Assembly: GCA_041665145.1 (NCBI GenBank)
Contig: JBAYJK010000004.1
Coordinates: forward strand, 132,434-189,719
Source of the DNA: Patescibacteria group bacterium
GTDB lineage: Bacteria; Patescibacteriota; Microgenomatia; UBA1406
Reading direction: 5' to 3'
Length of the DNA stretch: 57,286 nt
The notes under the pieces were generated by a model. It made no database searches. It was not told the origin of the DNA and was given only the letters and a program-made list of their open reading frames with translations. Positions 46,714 to 55,724 of the stretch are shown in pieces. The translations under genes and the position numbers were made by a program. Every line of letters begins with the position of its first letter. Position 1 is the stretch's first letter.

Positions 46714-47060
46714 GTATTCGTCTTCTCGCACAGATAGGGACTAATGTTTTACCGGGTGTTTCCAACAACACGCCCGATGCACTTATTAATGTCATAAAAG
46801 GCTTACTTACTCTTGCGTTCGTCGGAGGAGGAATACTTTTAATGTACAACCTATTTATGGGGGCGCTTAATTGGATTCAGTCAGCCGGTGAGAAAGACAA
46901 GCTTGAAAAAGCCCGCAAACAGATAACTAATTCGTTGGTCGGGTTTATTATCCTGATTCTCGTATGGTTCTTGTTTTTTGCTATTACCAGCAATATTCTG
47001 GGGATATTTCAATTAACGGGAGACGGAAGCTATCGGTTTGTTCTTCCCTCATTGTTTTAA
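46710..47060 (+). CDS. VirB2/TrbC-like pilin
   Basis: GALNWIQSAGEKDKLEKARKQITNSLVG. Confidence 0.85.
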   Translation: MSIRLLAQIGTNVLPGVSNNTPDALINVIKGLLTLAFVGGGILLMYNLFMGALNWIQSAGEKDKLEKARKQITNSLVGFIILILVWFLFFAITSNILGIFQLTGDGSYRFVLPSLF

Positions 47061-47100
47061 AACACCAACAGAACAGATTGCCGAGGTAGTTTTTATCGGA

Positions 47101-48072
47101 TTAAGAGATTCGCGATGCTGATGTGATGTTATCCACGGTTATGGAGTTGATTTCCTCGAGCGCCTCTATGGTGTTAAACGCGTTATGCGGCGTAATAATA
47201 ACGTTCGGCATATCCCGCAAAACATGATCAAGCAACAATGTTTTTGCTGATGATAAATCGATATATTCGGCCGTAAGCACCATCCGCTCTTCCTTTATAC
47301 TTTGTTCCTCTTCAAGCACATCCAGAGCAGCGCCGGCAAGGATTCCATTCTGCAATGTCTGAACCAACGCTTGCGTATCTATAATCGGCCCGCGTGCGGT
47401 ATTAATCAGCAGGGCACCCTTTTTAATAAACCGCATGTTGTTCTCGTGCAGCAAATGTGTTGTTTCTGGCGTGAGGGGTGTGTGGATAGTAATGATGTCT
47501 GATGTTCGTAGCAGTTCATCAAGCGACACAAAAGTAACGTTTGGTAATGGTTTCTGGGTTCTGGAATAAACAAGAACTTTCATTTTAAAGGCATTTGCAA
47601 TACTGGCTACCCGGTTGCCGATATTTCCGAGTCCGATTATACCCAGCGTCTTATCGCACAAGTCAAACCCGGTCAAGCCCTCATTGCTAAAACTTCCTTT
47701 CTTCGTAAGTTCTACAGAAGGAACTATTTTGCGCGAGAGGGCGAGCATAAGGGCAAACGCATGCTCGGCAACAGAATTAACTCCGTAATGCGGAACATTG
47801 AGAATCGATATTTTGTGTTCTGCACAGTATGCTGCATCGATATGGTCGATGCCGGTTGAGCGTGTAACAATTGTGTGGAGTTTGGGAAAGCGGGCAAGTA
47901 AATCGGCTTTTAAAGGGGAAAAAACAAAAATGGAAATTATTTCAGCCTCAGTTGCGTAGTGAGCTGTCTCATGAGTGAGTTTGTCCGGATGAAAAGTTAA
48001 TTCATGATTGGGAAGTTTTTCACGAAAAAACGTTTCTTCAGCCGGCGTTGTTTCGAAGAATACGATTTTCAT
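47101..48072 (-). CDS. D-lactate dehydrogenase-like D-2-hydroxyacid dehydrogenase
   Basis: TRSTGIDHID, GIIGLGNIG, INTARG, LDVLEEE and TPHNAF motifs. Start moved to ATG 48072. Confidence 0.92.
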   Translation of the reverse strand: MKIVFFETTPAEETFFREKLPNHELTFHPDKLTHETAHYATEAEIISIFVFSPLKADLLARFPKLHTIVTRSTGIDHIDAAYCAEHKISILNVPHYGVNSVAEHAFALMLALSRKIVPSVELTKKGSFSNEGLTGFDLCDKTLGIIGLGNIGNRVASIANAFKMKVLVYSRTQKPLPNVTFVSLDELLRTSDIITIHTPLTPETTHLLHENNMRFIKKGALLINTARGPIIDTQALVQTLQNGILAGAALDVLEEEQSIKEERMVLTAEYIDLSSAKTLLLDHVLRDMPNVIITPHNAFNTIEALEEINSITVDNITSASRIS

Positions 48073-48093
48073 GAATATTAGTATACACGAAAT

Positions 48094-48128
48094 TAAGTCA
48101 TAAGTTAAAAGCTGAAAGTTAAAAGTAA
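48094..48128. repeat. degenerate 7-nt tandem repeat (5 units)
   Basis: TAAGTCA TAAGTTA AAAGCTG AAAGTTA AAAGTAA in the divergent ldh/dprA promoter region. Confidence 0.6.
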
Positions 48129-48186
48129 TGTGAAGTGATGTATATAAGCCGTAGTTTGTGTGACAATTATCCTGTACAGTCATGTC

Positions 48187-49272
48187 ATGGATCAGAACGA
48201 GTTGGCATGTTTCAGTTTTTCGTACTTGAACGGAGTTGGTCCATGTACATTTAAAAAACTTGTAGATCGGTTCGGAAGTCCATATAAGGCGTACATGGCG
48301 TCGGGAGAAAAACTCACACACGCTATTTCAGTGAAACACACAGAACTATTTGCACTGTTTCGTAAAAACTTTGAAGTACAGAAAGAATTGAAAAAGCTTG
48401 AACAGAAACATATCCGTTACATCGCGGCTACCAGTTCTGACTATCCCAGTTCATTGACAAATATTTCCGACCCCCCGATCGGATTGTTTTGCAAAGGGAA
48501 TACCTCCCTGTTTGCGAGCAGCGGAATACGGCTCGCGGTTGTGGGTACCCGAAAGCCCTCCAACTATGGTCAGCGGATGACGAAATTACTCGTCGGCGAT
48601 CTTGCTAAAATTGGGGTGGTGATAGTTTCAGGTATGGCTCTCGGAATCGATACGGTTGCTCATGATACTGCGCTTGCTGCCAATGGAAAAACGATTGCTG
48701 TTCTTGGTTGTGGTGTTGATATTGTCTACCCGTACTCGAACAAAAAGTTGTATGAGCGGATTCTCGAAAACAACGGGTTGATTGTTTCGGAGTTTCCCCC
48801 GGGTTTGACCGTGTTACCGGGATTGTTTGTCGCACGGAACAGGATTGTTTCGGGTTTGTCTTATGGAACAATCGTCATTGAGGGCAGCAATCATTCGGGT
48901 TCACTTATAACCGCGTCATATGCTGCAGAACAGGGTAAGGAAATTTTTGCTGTACCCGGACAAGTAGGAATGGAGTGTTCAGAAGCTCCAAATATTCTAC
49001 TTAAACAAGGAGCGCATCCTGTTACTTGTACGCAAGATGTCACTGACGCTCTTGGACTGAGATATAACCAACGCAAGAAGAAAGTTGAACCACCAAGTTT
49101 ATCACCAACAGAGAAGAGCATCTACGCGTTACTTGAGAGTGCACCATCAACACTCGACGAGTTGTTGACACACAGTCTGCTTTCCGTTCCGGATCTGTCG
49201 ATAACCGTTTCACAGATGGAACTTCAGGGTATAATAGAAAAGAACCAAGAAGGCCGTTGGCAGATTGTTTGA
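48187..49272 (+). CDS. dprA: DNA processing protein DprA
   Basis: AVVGTRKPS, IVSGMALGIDTVAH, RNRIVSGL, GSLITA and VPGQV motifs. Start moved to ATG 48187. Confidence 0.96.
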   Translation: MDQNELACFSFSYLNGVGPCTFKKLVDRFGSPYKAYMASGEKLTHAISVKHTELFALFRKNFEVQKELKKLEQKHIRYIAATSSDYPSSLTNISDPPIGLFCKGNTSLFASSGIRLAVVGTRKPSNYGQRMTKLLVGDLAKIGVVIVSGMALGIDTVAHDTALAANGKTIAVLGCGVDIVYPYSNKKLYERILENNGLIVSEFPPGLTVLPGLFVARNRIVSGLSYGTIVIEGSNHSGSLITASYAAEQGKEIFAVPGQVGMECSEAPNILLKQGAHPVTCTQDVTDALGLRYNQRKKKVEPPSLSPTEKSIYALLESAPSTLDELLTHSLLSVPDLSITVSQMELQGIIEKNQEGRWQIV

Positions 49273-49278
49273 AAATAT

Positions 49279-50223
49279 ATGGCACAAAAACTTTTTATTA
49301 TTACCGGACAGACGGGGACGGGTAAAACAAAACTTGCAGAACAGTTGGCACAACAAATCAATGGAGATCTCGTTTCTGCCGATGCCCGCCAAGCGTATCA
49401 ATATCTCGATATTGTTACAGGGAAAGATATTTCGGATAGCTCCTTTTGCCTTCAAGAAAAAAATGGCGACATCAGCCTCGGGTATTATCAAGCCGGACCC
49501 ACAAAAGTTTGGTTGTATGATATGGTTAACCCCAAAAAATACCTCTCGGCATATGATTGGGCAGTGGCGTGCCAGAAGGTTCTTGGCAGCATCATAAGCT
49601 CCGGGAAAACACCGATTATTATCGGCGGGACGTACTTTTATATCAATACAGTCCTGTATGGTTTATCGGCAGGAGGAAACCCGCAGTGGGATGAGCGAAA
49701 GAAATTGGAGATGTTGTCGGTATACGAGCTCCGTAAAAAAGCGGAGGAATTGGCACATGAAGATTTTCGAGCATTGAATAATTCCGATCAGTATAATCCC
49801 CGACGGCTTGTTCGGTTTATTGAAAAACATACAGACAACACAATGGGAGGTGCTGGTTTTGTCGGGATAGCTGCCGAGTACGACTGTACAACAATTGCAT
49901 TGAAATTTCCCTCAACGGAATATACCCGCAAAGCACTTTCCCAACGAGTAGATGAGCGGCTTAAATCGGGAGCAATTGATGAAGCGGAAACCTTACTGCA
50001 CATGGGGTATACTCCGGGCGACCCGGGTCTTAACACCATAGGCTACAAGCAAATCTTTGCCTATCTTGCAGGGGAAAAACGTTATGATGAAATGCGTGAC
50101 GAGTGGATTACCAAAGAGTGTCAATATGCCAAACGGCAGTTGACACTCATAAAGCAAAATGGGTCTGTTCTATGGTATAATTGTGATGAGGCGCTCTTGA
50201 AAAACGTTAGTGGCTTAATATAG
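49279..50223 (+). CDS. miaA: tRNA dimethylallyltransferase
   Basis: GQTGTGKT, SADARQAY, GGTYFY, TIGYKQ and YAKRQLT motifs. Confidence 0.93.
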   Translation: MAQKLFIITGQTGTGKTKLAEQLAQQINGDLVSADARQAYQYLDIVTGKDISDSSFCLQEKNGDISLGYYQAGPTKVWLYDMVNPKKYLSAYDWAVACQKVLGSIISSGKTPIIIGGTYFYINTVLYGLSAGGNPQWDERKKLEMLSVYELRKKAEELAHEDFRALNNSDQYNPRRLVRFIEKHTDNTMGGAGFVGIAAEYDCTTIALKFPSTEYTRKALSQRVDERLKSGAIDEAETLLHMGYTPGDPGLNTIGYKQIFAYLAGEKRYDEMRDEWITKECQYAKRQLTLIKQNGSVLWYNCDEALLKNVSGLI

Positions 50224-50233
50224 ACTAGATTAG

Positions 50234-50812
50234 ATGAGTACAATTCTTTCTGAAGAATTTGAGCGGAAAATCAGCGATTTTCTATCCAAATTTAAAATAA
50301 TTCCTGTTGCGACCCTTTTATGTTTAATACTGTTTTTCGTATTTTTTTTTCACAACCTGTCCCAGCAATCAGTGTTTGCGGTGCAAGAATACCAACTGCC
50401 ATATCCGGGAATACTACCGGATAACCCGTTATATCCTGCTAAGGTTGTGCGAGACCGAATGATGGAATTCTTTACTCGTGAGCCTTTGAAAAAAAGCGAA
50501 CTGTATCTTTTATTCGCAGATAAACGTATTAATATGGCGCAGTTTATTCGTCAAACTAATTGGTCGCTTACTGAAGAAACAGCCTCAAAGGCGGAGAAGT
50601 ATTTATTGAAACTGCAAGACTCGCTTGTTGCAGCTAAAAATATGGGACTTACTCCGACCGGAAGCTTTATCAAGAAAGTCAAGCTAGCGGGAAAAGCACA
50701 TAACAAAATTCTGAAAAGCCTTAAAAAAAGCGCTCCTTCGGAATTCAAGAATAAATTCGATTCAAGTATACTGCTTAACGAGCAGTTTCAAGGTTACTCA
50801 AACGGGCTGTAA
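50234..50812 (+). CDS. DUF5667-like membrane-anchored protein
   Basis: LPYPGILPDNPLYPAKVVRD...ADKR motif. Confidence 0.78.
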   Translation: MSTILSEEFERKISDFLSKFKIIPVATLLCLILFFVFFFHNLSQQSVFAVQEYQLPYPGILPDNPLYPAKVVRDRMMEFFTREPLKKSELYLLFADKRINMAQFIRQTNWSLTEETASKAEKYLLKLQDSLVAAKNMGLTPTGSFIKKVKLAGKAHNKILKSLKKSAPSEFKNKFDSSILLNEQFQGYSNGL

Positions 50813-51947
50813 TAAGGCCAATAACAACCCCGAACAGCAGCATATTCTGTTGGATGGTTAACCAATAGTGGTCGACAAAACCTGTAGATAGAATAATCAG
50901 GATTAAGATAAATTCCCTTAGTCTTATGAGTCTCATAAGACTAATAAGACCAATATGTCTTATGAGTCCAATAAGACCAATAAGTCCAATAAGTCCAAAT
51001 TCCATTCCAAAAAGCAGAAGTATGCTGTGTATCGGTTGTCCTTGGTACAAGTAATTCGCAAGCCCGGAACCCAAGGGGTGCTGCAGAATACTCATAACGG
51101 CATACTGCCAGCCATGAAAACGTTCACCGATTGTTCCCGGGCTACCTTTAAAAAGCAGGAGAAATGTCAGCATCCAGAATACAAAGTTTATTTTTGTGAA
51201 TTGACACCACTTACAGCCGACGTGTTTCTGTAACTCGAAACCAAGGAAAATAAGTGCAAACATAATAATTCCCGCTTTTGAAAATGAGAGCAATATCAGA
51301 AGTATCGCTGGAATAGTAAAGACAGCAAGATTACTAATAACCCCCAAAGCATAAACGATCAGAAAAAAACCGGCCATTGAATTGGGATGAGCAAACGTTC
51401 CGTAACCGCGTAAGATTGTTTTACCGGCTATAGTAATGGTAGATATTCCCGGTGTCGTGATCGAAAACAAACGCTCGCCCACAAACCACCAAAACCCTTG
51501 TAATGACCCTTGATAATAAATTTGCGACATTGTAAGAAGGAGGGTGTAAAGTGACGCTCCGAAAAGCCCGCAAAGAAATCCCGTACGTTCGGTTTTGTTG
51601 CTCGTGTAAAACACGATTGCGGTTAAAATTATCTTGCCATATTGCCATGCGCGATATACAAACAGCAACTTATCTGATGTTATAAAAAAAAGAAATATGC
51701 AGCCAACAACAAGGTATCCAAGTATTTTTCGGGAAACACCCGGAAGGTTCTGCAAGCTGAAAAGCTTGGGTATCAGTATAAGCAGCAAGAGCATATCTGT
51801 GAGATACACTGTTGGAGCAAGATAATCAGTGCGAACGCCGTTCACGAATGCGAACGGTGGCCAGAAATGCTTTCCGAGTTGTGACGGAAGTAAAAACCCG
51901 AACAGAAAAAAGAGCAACGGGAAGAAAAACTTACGCAAATTTTGCAT
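50775..51947 (-). CDS. O-antigen ligase (WaaL/Wzy_C)-like membrane protein
   Basis: RGYGTFAHPNSMAG, SFSKAG, HPLGSG, PIHS and DHYWLTIQQ motifs, multi-TM. Confidence 0.82.
   Translation of the reverse strand: MQNLRKFFFPLLFFLFGFLLPSQLGKHFWPPFAFVNGVRTDYLAPTVYLTDMLLLLILIPKLFSLQNLPGVSRKILGYLVVGCIFLFFITSDKLLFVYRAWQYGKIILTAIVFYTSNKTERTGFLCGLFGASLYTLLLTMSQIYYQGSLQGFWWFVGERLFSITTPGISTITIAGKTILRGYGTFAHPNSMAGFFLIVYALGVISNLAVFTIPAILLILLSFSKAGIIMFALIFLGFELQKHVGCKWCQFTKINFVFWMLTFLLLFKGSPGTIGERFHGWQYAVMSILQHPLGSGLANYLYQGQPIHSILLLFGMEFGLIGLIGLIGLIRHIGLISLMRLIRLREFILILIILSTGFVDHYWLTIQQNMLLFGVVIGLITARLSNLETAR
50921..50994. repeat. in-frame 9-nt tandem repeat containing a palindrome
   Basis: About 8 units of ccaataag(t/a)/cttatgagt. 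Includes GTCTTATGAG-T-CTCATAAGAC and encodes GLIGLIGLIRHIGLISLMRLIRL. Confidence 0.8.
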
Positions 51948-53853
51948 AGATTCGCCGGACACCTTTTCCGACAGCCTCCTGTTTATAAATTTTGAATGTC
52001 GGGTTCATTTCAGAAAGATTTTTTACATGAGGTCCTCCACAGAATTCTTTACTGAACGCGCTCTCCAATGATTTTCCGACGAAATACACTTTCACCGTAT
52101 CAGGATATTTTTCTTTGAAGAAATGAAGTGCTCCGCTTTTTTCCGCCTCTGTTTTGGGAAGCATGACAAAATCAACCGGCAATTTTTGGGAGATCGTACT
52201 ATTTACAATCTGTTCAACATCTGAGATTTCTTTCTCGGTAAGCGCAGAGGTGTGGGCAAAATCAAAACGTAGCCGTTCTCCGGTAATGTTGCTGCCATAT
52301 TGCTGTACATGTGTTCCGAGTGTCATTCTCAAAGCTTGGTGGAGAAGATGAGTGGCAGTGTGGAACCGGACAACTTCCTCGCTGTGGTCGGCAAGGCCAC
52401 CTTTGAACTTTTGTTCGGCGCCTTTTCTGGAGAGTTCTTGGTGTTGTTTAAAAAGCAAGTTGTAGTATTGCTCAAACTTTTTTTGGTCAATATGCACTCC
52501 AATCTCACGCGTTTTATCGACCACCATATCAGGCACAGTCCCTCTCGATTGGTATAAGTAAAACGCTACATTAGCTGTCGCAGCCGAAGCATTATCTTCA
52601 ACAAGAGGATCACTGGTAGGGGCAGCCCCAAGAGTGTATTGATTAGCTATAACTGATGTCGCTACTTTGACACTGTCGCTCGCGTAGATTTTTAAGGGCT
52701 GAACACTCTCAGCAACAGCTTTCTCTGATTGTTCGAGCGTGTGTATGAATCGTCTTTCTTCTTCAATAAATATTTTTTGTATTTCCTCATTTTTTGAAGA
52801 TAAATCTGGATATAACCATTCAAGCATTGAGCCAACAGTTGGGACAAGGTCAACCGCAACGTTTTTTTCAATACCAAGTTTTTTGCCGAAACGAACCATG
52901 CGACGGATAAATCTACGTAATACGTATCCATGATCTTTATTGGAAGGAATGACGCCGTCCATAGCAATGAGAGTTGCAGTACGGATATGGTCTGCAACAA
53001 TCCGCATTGCTTGTGTTGTCTGTGCATCTGCACGATATTCTTTCCCACTCAAAGACTCAAGTTTTTGAATAAGCGGCCAGAAATTATCTGTTTCAAAGAT
53101 ATCTTTCTTTTTTTGAACAACGAGAGCGATTCTTTCGAGACCACCCCCGAAGTCTACATTCTTTTGGGGTAGTTCTTCCCAGCCTAAGTCGGGTGTTCTG
53201 CGGTATTGCATAAAAACAGAGTTGCCTATTTCAAGAAACTCATCCTGATAGTCGGCAAAATCTTTTCCTAATGGTGGTTCTCCGTCACCGAGATAATAAA
53301 ATACTTCGCTATCCGGTCCGCCAAGTTCGCCAACAGCGTCCCCGCGTTGCCACCAGTTTTCTTTGCGGTCGTGAGCAAAAATACGTTGCCCCTCTTCGGC
53401 TTTGACACCATATTTTGCAAATATTTCCTGAATAATTTTGATCGACTCAATATCTTTGGGAGCAAATTCGTCTCCGGCAAATACAGAAGGATATATACGC
53501 TGTGGATCAAGACCCAATTCCTCAATAAAGAAACTATAAATCCACGATAATTGTTCCTTCTTGAAGTAGTCTCCCAAACTCCAATTACCGATCATATGGA
53601 AACAGGTGGTGTGGCGGATTGTTTTTCCTGCCTCTTCAATATCATCAAACCTCAATGCTCGCTGTACGTCCATCAAACGTGTTCCAAGAGGGTGCTTCTC
53701 GCCGGATAAGTAGGGGACGAGCGGGAACATGCCGGAGTTTACAAAGAGTAACGTTGAGTCACCTTCGGGCACCAGTGACATGTTTGGAATCAACTTATGT
53801 CCCTGTTTTTTATACAATTCAAAATATTTATTCACTATTTCTTGAGAAGTCAT
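51931..53853 (-). CDS. alaS: alanine--tRNA ligase (short form lacking C-Ala)
   Basis: FVNSGMFPL, VDFGGGLER, DHIRT, editing HTATHLLH and CGGPH. Ends at GVRRIYA. Confidence 0.96.
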   Translation of the reverse strand: MTSQEIVNKYFELYKKQGHKLIPNMSLVPEGDSTLLFVNSGMFPLVPYLSGEKHPLGTRLMDVQRALRFDDIEEAGKTIRHTTCFHMIGNWSLGDYFKKEQLSWIYSFFIEELGLDPQRIYPSVFAGDEFAPKDIESIKIIQEIFAKYGVKAEEGQRIFAHDRKENWWQRGDAVGELGGPDSEVFYYLGDGEPPLGKDFADYQDEFLEIGNSVFMQYRRTPDLGWEELPQKNVDFGGGLERIALVVQKKKDIFETDNFWPLIQKLESLSGKEYRADAQTTQAMRIVADHIRTATLIAMDGVIPSNKDHGYVLRRFIRRMVRFGKKLGIEKNVAVDLVPTVGSMLEWLYPDLSSKNEEIQKIFIEEERRFIHTLEQSEKAVAESVQPLKIYASDSVKVATSVIANQYTLGAAPTSDPLVEDNASAATANVAFYLYQSRGTVPDMVVDKTREIGVHIDQKKFEQYYNLLFKQHQELSRKGAEQKFKGGLADHSEEVVRFHTATHLLHQALRMTLGTHVQQYGSNITGERLRFDFAHTSALTEKEISDVEQIVNSTISQKLPVDFVMLPKTEAEKSGALHFFKEKYPDTVKVYFVGKSLESAFSKEFCGGPHVKNLSEMNPTFKIYKQEAVGKGVRRIYAKFA

Positions 53854-53882
53854 GAAGTGTATTATACAAAAAACAAGGCTCT

Positions 53883-54434
53883 TTATACGAGCGGGATTAA
53901 AACAAAAGCAGCTCGCCGTGCAAGAGGGGGGTTTGCTGAGACCAGTCTACTGAGGTCTTCTTTAAAAGTTCCCTGCGGTTGATTTGCTCCTATCGACAGT
54001 CTTACCCTGAGAATTGCACGGGCGAGACCGTGGATCGGGTCACTTCCTTGGAGATTAAAATTGGAAACCATCGTTTCTGCCGGATCAATCATTGGGACAG
54101 CCCCCCGTTGCAGGGCGTCGATAAACGCAGCAAGAACTGTCTTGTGGGCGAGACTTAAGTCCAGTGGTTTTACCATCGTTTCTATCATGTGCTGCTGCTC
54201 TGCTGTTCGAAATCCATCGGGAGATGACGCGATGTGCGTGGGCAATACACTGTGGGCGCCAACTGATTTTGCCATGGCAAGTGACCGTTCTCTTGCGTCG
54301 GCAAGTGTAATAGAACCAGCCTTTCTATTTCTTGGGTCAAAAACTTCCTCGATTTGTCCACCCGGTTTTTGAACTATAAGGGGTGGCCCAAGTATCTGCT
54401 CGTGGTCAGGTATCATTACTGTTGACTCTACCAC
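53883..54434 (-). CDS. hypothetical protein (183 aa)
   Basis: Fills the gap between alaS and uppS. No motif recognised. Confidence 0.6.
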   Translation of the reverse strand: MVESTVMIPDHEQILGPPLIVQKPGGQIEEVFDPRNRKAGSITLADARERSLAMAKSVGAHSVLPTHIASSPDGFRTAEQQHMIETMVKPLDLSLAHKTVLAAFIDALQRGAVPMIDPAETMVSNFNLQGSDPIHGLARAILRVRLSIGANQPQGTFKEDLSRLVSANPPLARRAAFVLIPLV

Positions 54435-54482
54435 AACTTAAATAATTTTCAAGCATACGGTCTGCTATAATACGTAATATCT

Positions 54483-55724
54483 ATGAAACAGAGCCTTGCA
54501 AAACTAACTCTTCCAACCGGAACAAAGATTCCGAATCATATTGCGATTATTCCAGACGGTAACAGGCGATGGGCGAGGGCCCGAGGACGAGATACGTTAC
54601 TTGGTCATAAAGCAGGGTTTGATATGGCGCTCAAACTTGCAAAAGCTGCCCGTGAATTCGGGGTGCATACACTGACTTTCTGGGCGTTCTCAACTGAGAA
54701 TTGGGACAGAACTCCTCGAGAGATAAATTATCTGATGGGGTTGTACGCAATTATGGTTGAAAAACACCGTCGGGAAGCGAAGAAAGATAATATACGCATT
54801 GTTCATATAGGGCGCAAAGACCGTATTCCTGCAAGCCTTGCCAAGCAAATTGCTGCAGTTGAAGAAGAAACAAAAAACAACACCAAACATATTGTAAATA
54901 TTTGTTTGGACCATGGAGGGCGGGACGACATTGTCCGTGGCGTGAATAATCTTATTGAAAAAGTTCGTCAGGGTGAGACGGTTGAAGCGGTTACTGAAAA
55001 GAATTTCCTGGACGTTCTTGGAACGCACGACCAGCCGTACCCATTAGTGGACTTATTAATCCGCACAAGCGGTGAACAGCGTACCAGCGGGTACTTGCTA
55101 TATCAGAGTGCGTATGCGGAAATGTATTTCGAAACTGTCCATTTTCCTGATTTTACGCCTGAGAAATTGCGTGAAACCATACTGGATTATTCACGGCGTC
55201 GCAGACGGTTTGGAGGAAATGATGAAGAAAAACATCTAACATTTAACCCCCGGATTGTTGCGGGACTTGAGTTCAAATGGCACCACGCATTGGATTTGCA
55301 AGAAGACGAGCGGTTACGTGATTTGGTTTTCAGATATCTTAAAGAACACTATAAACTATCAAAACAATCAACGCTTGAGGCGGGAATCCATTTAACGAAA
55401 GCTCTGTTATTCGGCAGGAAGGAAGATTGGCATGGGGCAAAAGAAGAATTAAAGAATCTCTATCACATTGTTCAAAAAACACTCCATTTGGCGTTTGAAC
55501 CAGACATAATTGCCTCATTGGAAATTGCCTTATGGCAAGATCGGGAAAGCGAAGAAAAAATGCGGACACTCCTTGCCGAAAAATTCAGGATTTCGGAGCT
55601 TCAGGCAACGAAATCTGCGCATCTGGCCGTGCTTGCTCAACACGAGTTTGCCAACAAAAACTACGAAAAAGCCGAAAAGTACCTGGTGGGTTTTTATGAA
55701 TTGCTCAAGGAGGAGACGGCCTAG
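54483..55724 (+). CDS. uppS: undecaprenyl diphosphate synthase with about 165-aa C-terminal helical extension
   Basis: HIAIIPDGNRRWA, FSTENWDR, IRTSGEQRTSG and RRFGG motifs, followed by an extra domain. Confidence 0.93.
   Translation: MKQSLAKLTLPTGTKIPNHIAIIPDGNRRWARARGRDTLLGHKAGFDMALKLAKAAREFGVHTLTFWAFSTENWDRTPREINYLMGLYAIMVEKHRREAKKDNIRIVHIGRKDRIPASLAKQIAAVEEETKNNTKHIVNICLDHGGRDDIVRGVNNLIEKVRQGETVEAVTEKNFLDVLGTHDQPYPLVDLLIRTSGEQRTSGYLLYQSAYAEMYFETVHFPDFTPEKLRETILDYSRRRRRFGGNDEEKHLTFNPRIVAGLEFKWHHALDLQEDERLRDLVFRYLKEHYKLSKQSTLEAGIHLTKALLFGRKEDWHGAKEELKNLYHIVQKTLHLAFEPDIIASLEIALWQDRESEEKMRTLLAEKFRISELQATKSAHLAVLAQHEFANKNYEKAEKYLVGFYELLKEETA

Noticed and set aside
7768-48321. Long N-terminal extensions in track ORFs (7944, 8353, 9251, 16612, 26885, 33248, 48321)
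   Set aside because: They overlap neighbouring genes or promoters. Downstream starts match family N-termini and usually have -10 boxes at leaderless spacing.
50968-50994. Possible CRISPR-like repeats
   Set aside because: The units are 9 nt with no spacers, lie in frame within a CDS, and no cas genes are present. No CRISPR array was found in the window.
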